Below are positions 51,801 through 62,230 of a stretch of 64,000 bases of DNA, in pieces. This DNA is from Camelus ferus (Eukaryota): contig NC_045696.1 in the NCBI RefSeq assembly GCF_009834535.1, forward strand, positions 71,052,001 through 71,116,000, written 5' to 3'. The notes beneath the pieces are model-generated. The model saw only the letters and a list, made by a program, of their open reading frames with translations. It ran no database searches and had not been told where the DNA came from. A program made the translations under genes and the position numbers. Each line of letters starts with the position of its first letter. Positions within the stretch are counted from its first letter, which is position 1.

Positions 51801-54800
51801 TGGGGTGACTGAATGTACCTCTATGTATGAAAGAGGCTCTTGGAATCTGGGAGAAATGCATGGATGTGTGAGTATGAGAAAGAGAGAGAAGGTGTGTATC
51901 TGTCTTCGAAGGCTGCCCCCAGCCCACCTCAGACCCACTGCCCCACCCAGCCCCAGGCCTGCCCATGCCGCGCCCCCACAGGCCTTGTGTGCCACGCTGC
52001 TGCCATCCACCAGGAAGAGGAGCTCCCGCGAGGCTGTGCCCAGGTGTCCAGGCTTGGAGCTCAGGTCCGGGCAGAAGCTCAGCACCAGCACGGGGTTCAG
52101 CAGGATGTCCTTGTGGAAGCGTCGCTGCAGGAACCACACCTGAGCACGGGACCCCGAGTCATCCTGGGCTGGGCTTAGTGCAACTGCGACCTGGGCTGGC
52201 AGCAGGACCTAGCCCCGGGGGTTTTCTCAGTCCAGTCCCCTCAGAGGGGCACCCTTTTGTATTCATCTGAATAAAGGCAAGGGCAGAGGCAAGTGGCTGT
52301 CCTCTGCCTTTGTCAGTCCTAGCCCCCATCCTCTGAGACACATCCCAGGGAGACTTGAAAGGGACCTCCTGTGACAATACCCATCAGCCCTCTGGGATGG
52401 TGGTGGCAGCTACTGAGAGGGCCCGCTGAGAGCAGAGACCCCCTATCCATCCCAGCATAAGACAGTTCACCTGCTTCTCCTGCACTAACGCAGCCAGCAG
52501 TGAGGCCAGGGGCCAGGCCAGGACCCCAGGCAGCCATACCTGCCGGTCCCCATCACTGTCCCTTCGCTGCAGCCTCTGGAAATCCCGGCGGGCCCTCACC
52601 TGGGCCTCGTATTCTGCTGAGCTCAGGCTGCCAGCCTCCAGCATCAGGTGTGGCTGGTGGGGCTCTGGAAAGGAGGGGACCCAGTTCTGTCAGGGAAGCC
52701 CTTGTCTCTAGACCCCAACTGCTCAGTCCCATTATCCTGAGAACCTTGCAGGTCCAGCCTCCCTGTACCACTGGGCTCATCCTCACACATTTGTCACACA
52801 TTTGACTTGGGGCCCAGAAATCTATACTTGAAAAATGCTACCCAGCTGGTCCTGAAGCAGGTCAGAGCTGGCCCACNNNNNNNNNNNNNNNNNNNNNNNN
52901 NNNNNNNNNNNNNNNNNNNNNNNNNNNNNNNNNNNNNNNNNNNNNNNNNNNNNNNNNNNNNNNNNNNNNNNNNNNNNNNNNNNNNNNNNNNNNNNNNNNN
53001 NNNNNNNNNNNNNNNNNNNNNNNNNNNNNNNNNNNNNNNNNNNNNNNNNNNNNNNNGATGATCACTCCACCCCAAGCCAGTACTAAGAGCACAAATATCA
53101 CCTTCTCAGACAACAGTGGTGGGGGCCAGGACTGTGACGGATTCAGCCCAGCTCTGAGTCCAATGAATAGGGTGGACAAGGAGGGATTTGCCTGCCTTCA
53201 TAGACTGGGAGATGTATTCCTGGCTGGTCAAAGAGTTATATAACAACCAGTTGCTGATTTCACATTGTCCTCCACCTCTTGCACAAGGAAACGTAACTTT
53301 ATCACTTAGACCGGTCTCATTGTAAGCATTTCTCTTCTCATTGGTGAGTGGAGTGGAATATAAATAAATTACACTGACAATCCTAGGGGTGTGTGTATTG
53401 TGTAGAAATGGCCAGGGGATGATCCCATTGTGAGACTGGAAGTTCCTAAGGCTTAGGTCCCTGTCTTCCTTTTGTCCCATGTTCCTCTCATCCCTGAGCC
53501 TTGAGTTATTTCCCAGTCAGCTATGCTGGGAGGGACACCCACCTGCCAGCAGGCATGGCCCAGTCACCAGCATCTCAAAGGAGAAGGTGTATGGGGCAGG
53601 GCAGCGGGCAGGGCCTGAGAACACGTCCCGAGGGGCAGCTGGCTCCTCCCAGGCCGGCCCTTCCCCCTCGGGGCTGCCCACTCCGAAGCAGCTGGTGGGG
53701 CTGGAAAGGAACACCAGGAGGGTCACTGGGCCACCTCCCAGGCCCCTAGACCCTGTGGCTGATTGGCCTCAGCCCTTCCCTACCCTGCCCATCCCCCGGG
53801 GCACTCTGCCAAAGCCCCCTCACCCGCACTAGACCCAGAGTAGCCGAGGGAGGGACGAAGAGAATCACCATAGGCCCAACCTGTCGTCACAGAGCCCCGG
53901 AGGCCTGGGGGGCCCCGGCGGGCCTGGAGGGGCCAGAGGGGTGAGCACAGAGGGTAGAGCCACGTGCAGCACCCCGTCAGGCCTGGAGGGCAGCTCCCGG
54001 CTGCTGTGCAGGGTCACTGTCATGGTGCCGGCCGCGGCGATGAGGCCTGTGGGCAGCACCAGCGTGGACCGGGCCTGGGCCAGATCCAAGACAAGATGAC
54101 CTATGATGAATGAGGAAGGGGGTCAGAGGGGGCTGGAAGCAGGGGAGATGGGGGAAGATAGGGGTGGGAGCAGGCACTGAGTCAGGGAAGCTTGGGCAAG
54201 GGGGACTCTATGAGGTTGGAGGGATGCTGGGCTAATGCACTGGTGATGCAGGATGGAGGCATGAAATGAATGATGGTAGAAAGAGAGGCAGGTTGATGGT
54301 AGAAAGATCTGGCTGTCATCAGGAAAGGCAGCAGTGACACTGCTACTATTGGAGGGCTGAGGAGGAAGAGGGGGCATGTCCACACCACCCCCGAGGTCCT
54401 GGGGTTCCCATACCCTCTGTCCCTCTTCCTTTACCTGCTCCAGTCCATTCAACCCTTGGGCATCATCTTCCTAAAGAACCCTCACTGACATCTCCCATAG
54501 CCTGGGGCCCACCCTGCTCACAGATCCCCTGCTCATGAATGGTCAGGGGCTCTCCACAGCCCACTAGGAGTGGCTCCAGAATTTTCTACCGAAGAGGGGT
54601 TCAGGAACAGTAATCTACTTAGAAGCTAGCTGGAAGACATTTGAATATCAAGCACACCATTTTACTTAGATTGCGGGTTTGTTTGGGGACTGGTGGAGTC
54701 CTGGGCACCATGTCACCACTGCTGCTAAAGGAAAAATGGCCAGGTGTAAACAGTAGCAGTCAAGGTCACCAGCCTACCTTTACAGCCCTCCTTCACCTCA

Positions 54801-56355
54801 TTTCCCTGCAATAATAATTTATCCATTCTTTGGAAAATGCTTGCTGAATAAATGAAGGGAAGAAAAAAATGGAAGGAAAAAAGGAAGTTAAGAAGAAAGA
54901 AAGTGGCTTCCATCCCAGGCAGCTGGGGCTTGGGACAGAGCACAGTGCCAGGTTTTGAGACTCCGCTCTGTGACTTTTAATTCTGTCCTTTGGTAACTCT
55001 CTTGATTAGAGGAGCCTCAGTTTCTTCATTTATAAAATGGGGGTCATAATAACTAAATTTCAAAGACTGTGGTGAGGATGAATGAGATAATACACACAAA
55101 GCATCCAACACATAAGAGGCTGTTGCTGTTACTTTTGTCATCTATGAAAAGGGGAAGGAGGACAACACTTGCGTTACATACCTCTCTGGATTCAAATGAC
55201 ATGACACCAGTGACTGGGCTTTGTCAACTGTGAATCAGTATAAACACGAAGTATTTTATTACCATTACCCAGAATCACTTACTTCCAAACTTTTGCTTAC
55301 ATCATTGCCCCTGCCTGAAGTGTCTTTCCTATCCCCTCCACAGCAGTACAACCCACCCTGCCTTTCAGTCAAATGCTGGCTCCGTTTCCTTCTGGAATAT
55401 TCCTCGGGCCTCAGCCCAGAGCTCACTCTAGCTTCTAACTACCTGCTGGGCTTATGCCAACTCTCAACACCACTGGATTCGGTCCCTCTTCTTACCCAGA
55501 TGGTAAATCCCATGTGCAGGAATCAAATGAATGTATAAATAAATACATGAAGGAATGAAGTGCAAGCCACAAAACCTAGCAGAAGGGCGGGCTTCCATTC
55601 CCTCACCGAGCACGCACGGAGCCCCCTTGTGCCACATTCTGTGCAAGATGCTGGGGCTTGGAGATGACCAAAACCCTGTCCTAGGCTCAGGAGCTAAAGC
55701 TCCAGAGAGGGAGAGAGGCGTGTGGACTGCCCGCCGTGTCTGTCTACCTGGCTGCAAACCTCGGGTTGGGCCTGGCTCTCATTCCCCCTGGCGCATGTCA
55801 GGTGCCCAGTCCTCGACTGTCAAATAAAGGGATGAATTAATGAATGAAAAAAACAGTGGCTGGAGTGGGGACAGGGAGGGGCGGGATGCAGAGCGGGTGC
55901 AGGAACTAGAGTGTGGCTGGCTTTCAGGGAGGCGGGGCGGGGGCGCCCCGGACTCACCCTGCGCGCAGCGGCGGGGCGTTGAGGCCCCCAGCGCGGGACC
56001 CAGCGCGCGGCAGCAGGCGGCCTGCGAGCGGCGCCGGCTCTGCAGCTGGAAGGAGACGCGCCGTCCTGCCGCCTCTGCCTCGAAGCCCGAAACCACTTCG
56101 GCCTCGGCCAGCGGATACACGAACACGCCTGGTGAGGAATGGACACACAAGCGATGTCGGACCATGCCTGCCAGGCAGGCGGTCCCCACCACCCTGCGCC
56201 CCCGCCGAGGCCTCACCGTCCACTGGCTGCGGCTGCGGGTTGTGGTAGGTGAGCCGGGCCCTTAGGCTGAGACAGGGTCCGTTGGCGCAGGCCCGGACCC
56301 AGGAGTCCGTGAGGGGCAGCGGCGTCCAGCTGGAGGGGCAGTACAGGCCAGGCAT
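45897..56355 (-). CDS. VWA5B2: von Willebrand factor A domain-containing protein 5B2 (VIT + VWA), ~1255 aa
   Basis: Coding exons: 56217-56355, 55958-56128, 53881-54100, 53543-53700, one exon in gap 52877-53056 (GTGGG donor flush with the gap), 52540-52664, 51984-52139 (GC donor), 51424-51534, 51135-51343, 50935-51046, 50264-50449, 49643-49814, 49242-49555, 48565-48754, 48101-48457, 47022-47159, 46854-46937, 46532-46776, 45897-46445. Phases are consistent throughout; starts MPGLYCPSSWTPLPL, ends LLCYSPANM*. Confidence 0.95.
46446..46531 (-). ncRNA. MIR1224: microRNA 1224 precursor (mirtron = last intron of VWA5B2)
   Basis: 86-nt intron GTGAGGACTCGGGAGGTGG...CCCCACCTCCTCTCTCCTCAG. The arms match miR-1224-5p/3p as recalled and base-pair with each other. 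Confidence 0.95.
47463..47610 (+). mobile_element. MER3 (hAT-Charlie) DNA transposon fragment
   Basis: CAGCACTATCCAATAGA...GATGGAAATGTTCTATATCTGC...CCAATATGGTAGCCAC. Confidence 0.8.
47620..47725 (-). mobile_element. Diverged tRNA-derived SINE (same family as 7203-7337) abutting MER3
   Basis: Reverse complement of the SINE head: GGGGATTGAACCCAGCACCTCGTGCATG...GCATGCACTCTACCACTGA. Confidence 0.8.
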
Positions 56356-57660
56356 GGTGCCCCTGGGGAAAGGGGTGCTCGATGAAGGCTGCGCAGGGTG
56401 AGTCTAGGGCGCCCCGCCCTCCTGAAAGCCGGCTGGGAGAATCTAACTCGGGCACTGGGACGCGGACAAGCAGGGGACGCCAGGCTGAGCCGGAGGCTCC
56501 GGTCCAGAGGACAGGTGGCGTAGGGAGGGAGGCAGGGCCGAGATGGAGAGATGGGCATCCTCAACCGTTACCTGGGAAGCCAGGGCGGAGCGCAGCTCCA
56601 GGCAGCGCGTGGACCCGGGGAGCGGAGGGTTAATATTTAACTGGCGCTCCGGGCGCCCAGCAGTCCCGCCGCCGGCTCCTCTAGGGGCGGAGGGGAGGAG
56701 GGTGTCACAGCTGTTCCATCACCCCTTCCTGGGCCTCACCGCCACCCCCATACCTGCCGGCCCCCCGGGGCTCCCCGCGGCTGCCAGCTGTTGGAAGTGG
56801 AGCGGGTGGAGAGATGGAAGATGCTCTAGGTTGGGAACAAGGCTTTAAAGGGCCAGCATCCTCCTGGGTGCCCCTAGCCCAGCAAGGGATAGCAGGGGAG
56901 GGGTGGAATGAGGAGCTGAAGGGCCGCAGTTTTCTCTCCGGCGCCTCAATTGTGAGGGGCGCTGAGAGGGACTGCAGGCGGCAGTGGAGGGGGTTGGGTT
57001 GGGAAGAACTAGATAGGACGCGAAAGGAGGAGGTCTTACGGGGGAAGCAACACCGGGAGAGGTGTAGAGGCAGGGGGATTCCGTGGGATTCGTCCAGGGC
57101 ATCTCCCCACGCTGGCGGGACTGATTTGGGGGTGGGGTGCGGCAGCTAGTGCCGCGGACCCCACAGCTGAGCCGTCAAGGGATGCTGCAGGCTGGGTCTA
57201 GGGATCTTCCCCCTCCCAACCGTCAGCCCCAGCCTCACCGTCCCGTCCTCTGCGGAGTTCTGGGAGCCACGACGGGACCAGGGTGGATTGTGCCGCCTCT
57301 GGGACCAGGGCCACACTCAGTCTGGGCACCTGCTGGGCGCCCGCTCTGGACTCCGGCTGCGGAGGCTCTGAATCCGCGCAGGGGCGTCGGCCCTGCGGGT
57401 GCTGGTCCCGCCCCCGCTCGGAAGGCCGCCCCTCCAGCCCGCATCGGCCCCGCCTGCCGCTGCGGCGGGGCTGCTGCTCCCCGCCCACTTCGGGCGCGGT
57501 ACCGCCTCCGCGGCAGCCCTGGCCGCTAGGGCCAGACCTGGCACCGCAGTGCAGGGACAGCGTCCCCGCCGCCGCACAGCCCCCTACCAGTGCCGGACGG
57601 AGGCCTCCAAGGCCCCACCCTTTCCGTCCTTCAGGAAATGAGGTGTCGGGCAAGTGCGGC
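55900..57660. promoter_or_regulatory. CpG island and promoter region of VWA5B2
   Basis: Two CpG-dense blocks (~55900-56780 and ~57100-57660) flanking a purine-rich spacer. Confidence 0.75.
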
Positions 57661-57688
57661 AGAGGGGCTCAGTCTGCGCCCCCCACAG

Positions 57689-58179
57689 CACTGCAGCAAC
57701 CCCAGGTATCCCAGTATCACCCTACCCTACCCCCACACTGGCTCAGCTTTTCATCACTGCAGTGACCCTCCCTCATCACTGCAGCGAAACCCAGGGCCTC
57801 ACCACCGTAGGGCTCCCCTCCCCCAAGAAGCCCAACCCTTTCCTTTGCAAAGTTCTCTTTTGTCACTGCAGAAACCGCCCCCATCCCTGCAGGTATTTTC
57901 AGCTGGTGTGATCACTTTAGTGACCACTCACTCCAAGCAGGGCTCCCCATCACTGCAGCGATTCTCCCCCACCCCCAGTCACCCTTCCCACCACTGCAGC
58001 GCCATCTCCTCGCTTTTTCTGGGGGTAGGGAGTGTAGGCAAAATTGTCTTCTGAGGCTGTAACTTCCTGGTACCTTCGGTTGCCCACCACCTTGTAAGTG
58101 AGGCCTTACAGCCTGCAGAGCCTTCTGGTAGCTGCAAACTGTCCCCATCATAGCAGTGACCACCACCCTATCACTGCAG
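57689..58179. repeat. Dispersed cluster of seven CACTGCAG motifs
   Basis: Exact copies at 57689, 57755, 57777, 57864, 57951, 57992 and 58172. Confidence 0.85.
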
Positions 58180-59829
58180 AACCTGAAGGAGAAACCATCC
58201 CTGCTTGTAAAGAGTTCCTTTGTTACTAGCTGAATTTTCATGCTCTTGATGGTGTTACGCTGCAAAAGATTAGAGAAGTCCATAAAATCTCTCCCAGGAT
58301 CCCTGAGGGAGAGTCTGGGAGCCCTGGGGAAGGGGGTCACCTAGGCAAGCTTTCTTGCAGAGTTCACACTCAGATTCTGCGAAGAGAGCTTGAGGAGAGC
58401 TAGGAGTGGGGGCCAGCTTTCAAGCCAGACCCAGGGTTCTCATCCTTCCCTGTTCACTCTATCCTGATTCCAGTCACTGTCACCATACTGGCAACAGGGG
58501 GGTATCCCCTGGCTCTTTGAGCACCAGAACCCTCCACCCCAACCCTTTCCCTTGCCAAACCACTTAGCTTGGTGGTGATAGCTTGGGCTTTTACCAGGGA
58601 ACTTCATGGTTGGAAATGCACAAGGATGATACAGGAGGCACAGCACCATCACGATGATCCAGGGCATGGGGGGCCCCAGCTGAGTCCCAGCCTTATTCTT
58701 TCCACACTCTCTGAGCCATGGTTCCATTGACCCCTCTCCTCCCTTCTTTGCTGAACCCTCCCCCAGCTTCATTCAGACTAAGTGTTCCTCTAACAGGTTT
58801 GGGGGAGAAACAGTAGATGGTGAGTGAGTGGATGGACCCTCCAGGTGCTCCAGTTCTTGAGACAGGACCAGCCCTGGCTCTGAGGGCTACATGGAAGTCC
58901 AGGCAGTGACCACCTCTCCATGGGTGTTTTGTGCTCTGTCTCTTCCACAAATGAACCAAGAGTTACATGTGGCCCTCAGGGAAAACACAAAGCTTCAGGG
59001 GGCAGTCATTAAGGGGACTCAAACACATGGAAATGAACAAAGAGGTCCCTGTATTGGGTCCTGAGGAGACCTTGATGTAAAACAGTGTCCCAGGAAAATG
59101 GTTGTTTGTCAATGACTAGACAACACATTGGTAGAAGCCAAGCTTTGGACGAGTCCTGAGATCCTGCTGAGAAGGCTGTCTCAGCTGAGGCAAGTGGCTG
59201 GACAGATAGGTCAGCAGCTCAGCCAGAGGTGTGAAGCATCCCGAAGGATGGGGCAGGGCCAAGCAGGCTGCGTGGCACTGGGGAGGAGGAGGTTCTGTGG
59301 AGGGGCTCTGAGGCCCAGCTCGGAGGAACTCGTGATGGGGCTGCAGCATGGCAGGCAGCTGAGAACAGGAAGGGACTGCACAGCCCCAGAGGGTCCCAGA
59401 ACCAGGTTTCAGTAGATGGAGGAGATTCTAGGAAGGGCTAGGAATGGCCTGGAGCCTGGGTGCTCTGCTATGTGCCAGGCTAAGGGGAGAGGGTAGGTGA
59501 TATAGAGCTACAGTCTTGAAAGGCTCACACTCTGCTGAAGAAGGCAAACACATGGCTACAGTAGACAAAGATGAGGGCTGCATTACAGGGGTGTCATGGG
59601 TAATATAAAAGCTTTTAACTGAGAGCTTTTAGGAGAGGCTTCTAACCTGGCAGTGGGGGTTGTGGGAGTGCCATTTAAGCAGAGTTCTAAATAGGAGTTA
59701 TGCAGTCATAAGGAAGGTGCTTCAAGCAGAAGGATCAGCTCATCAAAAAATGAAAGAGCCAGAGGGAGTAAGGAAAGGATTAAGTAGGTGTGCATTTGTT
59801 TTTTTCTCTTTGTTAATATTTGTCAAGCA

Positions 59830-60020
59830 CTTACTATAGGCCAGGCATTGTACTAAGCATGGATTATCCTTTTATGATTAAAACAGCCTGAGAGACAAGC
59901 AGTATTATTATCTTACAGGTGAGAAAACCGAAGCCAAGACAAGGTAAGTATCTTGCTCATGATAAGCTAGTAAAGTGGTAGAACCAGGATGTTGAACTCA
60001 GATGGTCTGGCCTCAGAACC
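59830..60020 (+). mobile_element. MIR SINE fragment
   Basis: TTACAGGTGAGAAAACCGAAGCC...GTAAAGTGGTAGAACCAGGATG. Confidence 0.65.
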
Positions 60021-60119
60021 CTTGGACCCTTGTTTTTAAACTACTACCATAGACAATACGATTTTCTTGATATTTATTTCCTGGTTTAGTTCTCTTCGAT
60101 TTTGGCTAAATCTTTCTTT

Positions 60120-60240
60120 AATTAAAAGTTGAGATATAATTGACATATAACGATGTATTAGTTTTAGGTGTACAACATGATGATTTAATAAATGTATATA
60201 TTGCAAAATGATTACCGCAATAAGTTTAATTAACATCCAC
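60120..60240 (-). mobile_element. L1MA-type 3' end fragment
   Basis: TTGAGATATAATTGACATATAAC...TTTAGGTGTACAACATGATGATTT. Confidence 0.75.
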
Positions 60241-60275
60241 TTAGATTCCCTAAATCTCTTAATATATCTCCTTTT

Positions 60276-60413
60276 TTTAAATTTTATTTTTCACTTTTTA
60301 TTTTGGGGGGAGGTAATTAGATTTATTTATTTATTTTAATGGAGGTAATGGGGATTGAACCCAGGACCTCGTGCATGTTAGGCATGCACTCTATCACTGA
60401 GCTATACCCTCCC
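60276..60413 (-). mobile_element. tRNA-derived SINE (vic-1-like) with near-perfect TSD
   Basis: Reverse-complement SINE; AATATATCTCCTTTT at 60261-60275 and AATATACCTCCTTTT at 60416-60430. Confidence 0.9.
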
Positions 60414-60914
60414 ACAATATACCTCCTTTTGAAAATTCCCATTGATCTTGGCTGACCTCAAAAAAAAAAAAAGGAACACGTGGAGGAAGGACAGGGAGAC
60501 CTAGTACCAAGTCAGGGGGACAGAGGTAGGAGCTGGTGGGGCCCAGGCAGGGAACAGGGCAGGAGGGGTGGTTGAATCTATAGCCTACATTTTCCTTGTG
60601 AGCTGCTGAGAGCCTCTAGAGGTGACTCATTTCCACCACAGGCCCTGGCACACAGTAGGTGCACAATAAATGTTGGCTGACTCACAGTGATGATGTGAGA
60701 AAACTCACTGGCTCTGTTAGTGAAATTGACCCTATTTTCTAATTTCTGTGTAGAGCAGGCTGCTGGGCCACCAAGTTTCCTGTCCAGGATATCTGCTCAC
60801 CTTGGCCATCACCAGCCTAACCTATAGGTTGCTTTTCCTCTTATCTGGCCCAGGAGGAAGGTTTGAACCTGCTTCCCAAATCAGGAGAACACTGCTCACA
60901 TCAGGGCCATTTTT

Positions 60915-62230
60915 TTAGATTCCACAAGCAAGTGATATCATATGATTTCTCTGTCTGACTTACTTCACTTAGTATGATAATCTCTAAGTCCATCCATGTT
61001 GCTGCAAATGGCAATATTTCATTTTCATGGCTGAGTAATATTCCATTATATATATACCATTATATATATATTATTATAATATATATTATACCATTACATA
61101 TATATTGTATATATACACACATACACACACATATACACAGCTTCTTTATCCATTCATTTGCTGATGAACACTTAAGTTTCCATGTGTTGGCAATTGTCAA
61201 TAATGCTGCTATGAACCTTGTGGTGCATGTATCTTTTTGAATTAGTGTCTTTGTTTTTTTTCAGTTAATTAGGAGTAGAATTGCTGAATTGTAGGGTAGT
61301 TCTAATTTTTTGAGAAATTTTCATACTGTTTTTCATAGTGGCTGCACCAATTTATATTCCCACCAACAATATAGGAGGATTTCCTTTTCTCCACACCCTC
61401 CTGAGCATTTACTGTTTGTATACTTTTNNNNNNNNNNNNNNNNNNNNNNNNNNNNNNNNNNNNNNNNNNNNNNNNNNNNNNNNNNNNNNNNNNNNNNNNN
61501 NNNNNNNNNNNNNNNNNNNNNNNNNNNNNNNNNNNNNNNNNNNNNNNNNNNNNNNNNNNNNNNNNNNNNNNNNNNNNNNNNNNNNNNNNNNNNNNNNNNN
61601 NNNNNNNNNNNTTGTTTTTTGTATTAAGTTGTATAAGCTCTTTATATATTTTGGGTATTAACCCCTCATCAGTCATACCATTTGGAAATATTTCCCCCCA
61701 TTCTGTAGGTTGTCTTTTCATTCTGTTAATGGTTTCCTTTGCTGTGCAAAAGCTTTTAAAATTGATTAGATCTCATTTATTTATTTTTGCATATATTTCT
61801 TTTGCCTTGGGAGAGAAAGAAAGAATTTCTTTCTATTTTCTAAGAAAATATTACTACAGCTTATGTCAAAGAATGTTTTGCCTGTGTTCTCTTCTAGGAG
61901 TTTTATGGTGTTATGTTTTACATTTAGGTATTTAAACCATTTTGATTATGAGACTGTCTTTTTTGAGGGAGGGAATGGTAATTAGGTTTATTTATTTATT
62001 TTTAATAGCGGTACTTGGAATTGAACCCAGGACCTTGTGCATGTTAAGCATGTACTCTACCACTTGAGCTATACCCTCTCCCCTAAGCCATTTTGAATTT
62101 ATTTTTGTATATGGTGTGAGGGAATGTTGTAATTTCACTGATTTACATGTAGCTGTCCAGCTTTCCCAAGAGAAAAGACAGAGACTGTCTTTTCCCCATT
62201 GTAGTTTTACCCCACAATCCAGCAATCATG
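60915..62230 (-). mobile_element. LINE-1 3' portion (degenerate ORF2 C-terminus), interrupted by a gap and a nested SINE
   Basis: Translations [12 protein letters not shown]...[13 protein letters not shown] and [18 protein letters not shown] are L1 ORF2-like. Confidence 0.88.
61959..62083 (-). mobile_element. tRNA-derived SINE nested in L1
   Basis: Reverse-complement SINE; flanking near-duplicate TAAACCATTTTGA (61933) and TAAGCCATTTTGA (62084). Confidence 0.88.

Noticed and set aside
51157-52137. 326-aa minus-strand ORF
   Set aside because: Intron sequence reading into VWA5B2 exon 9; explained by the spliced model.
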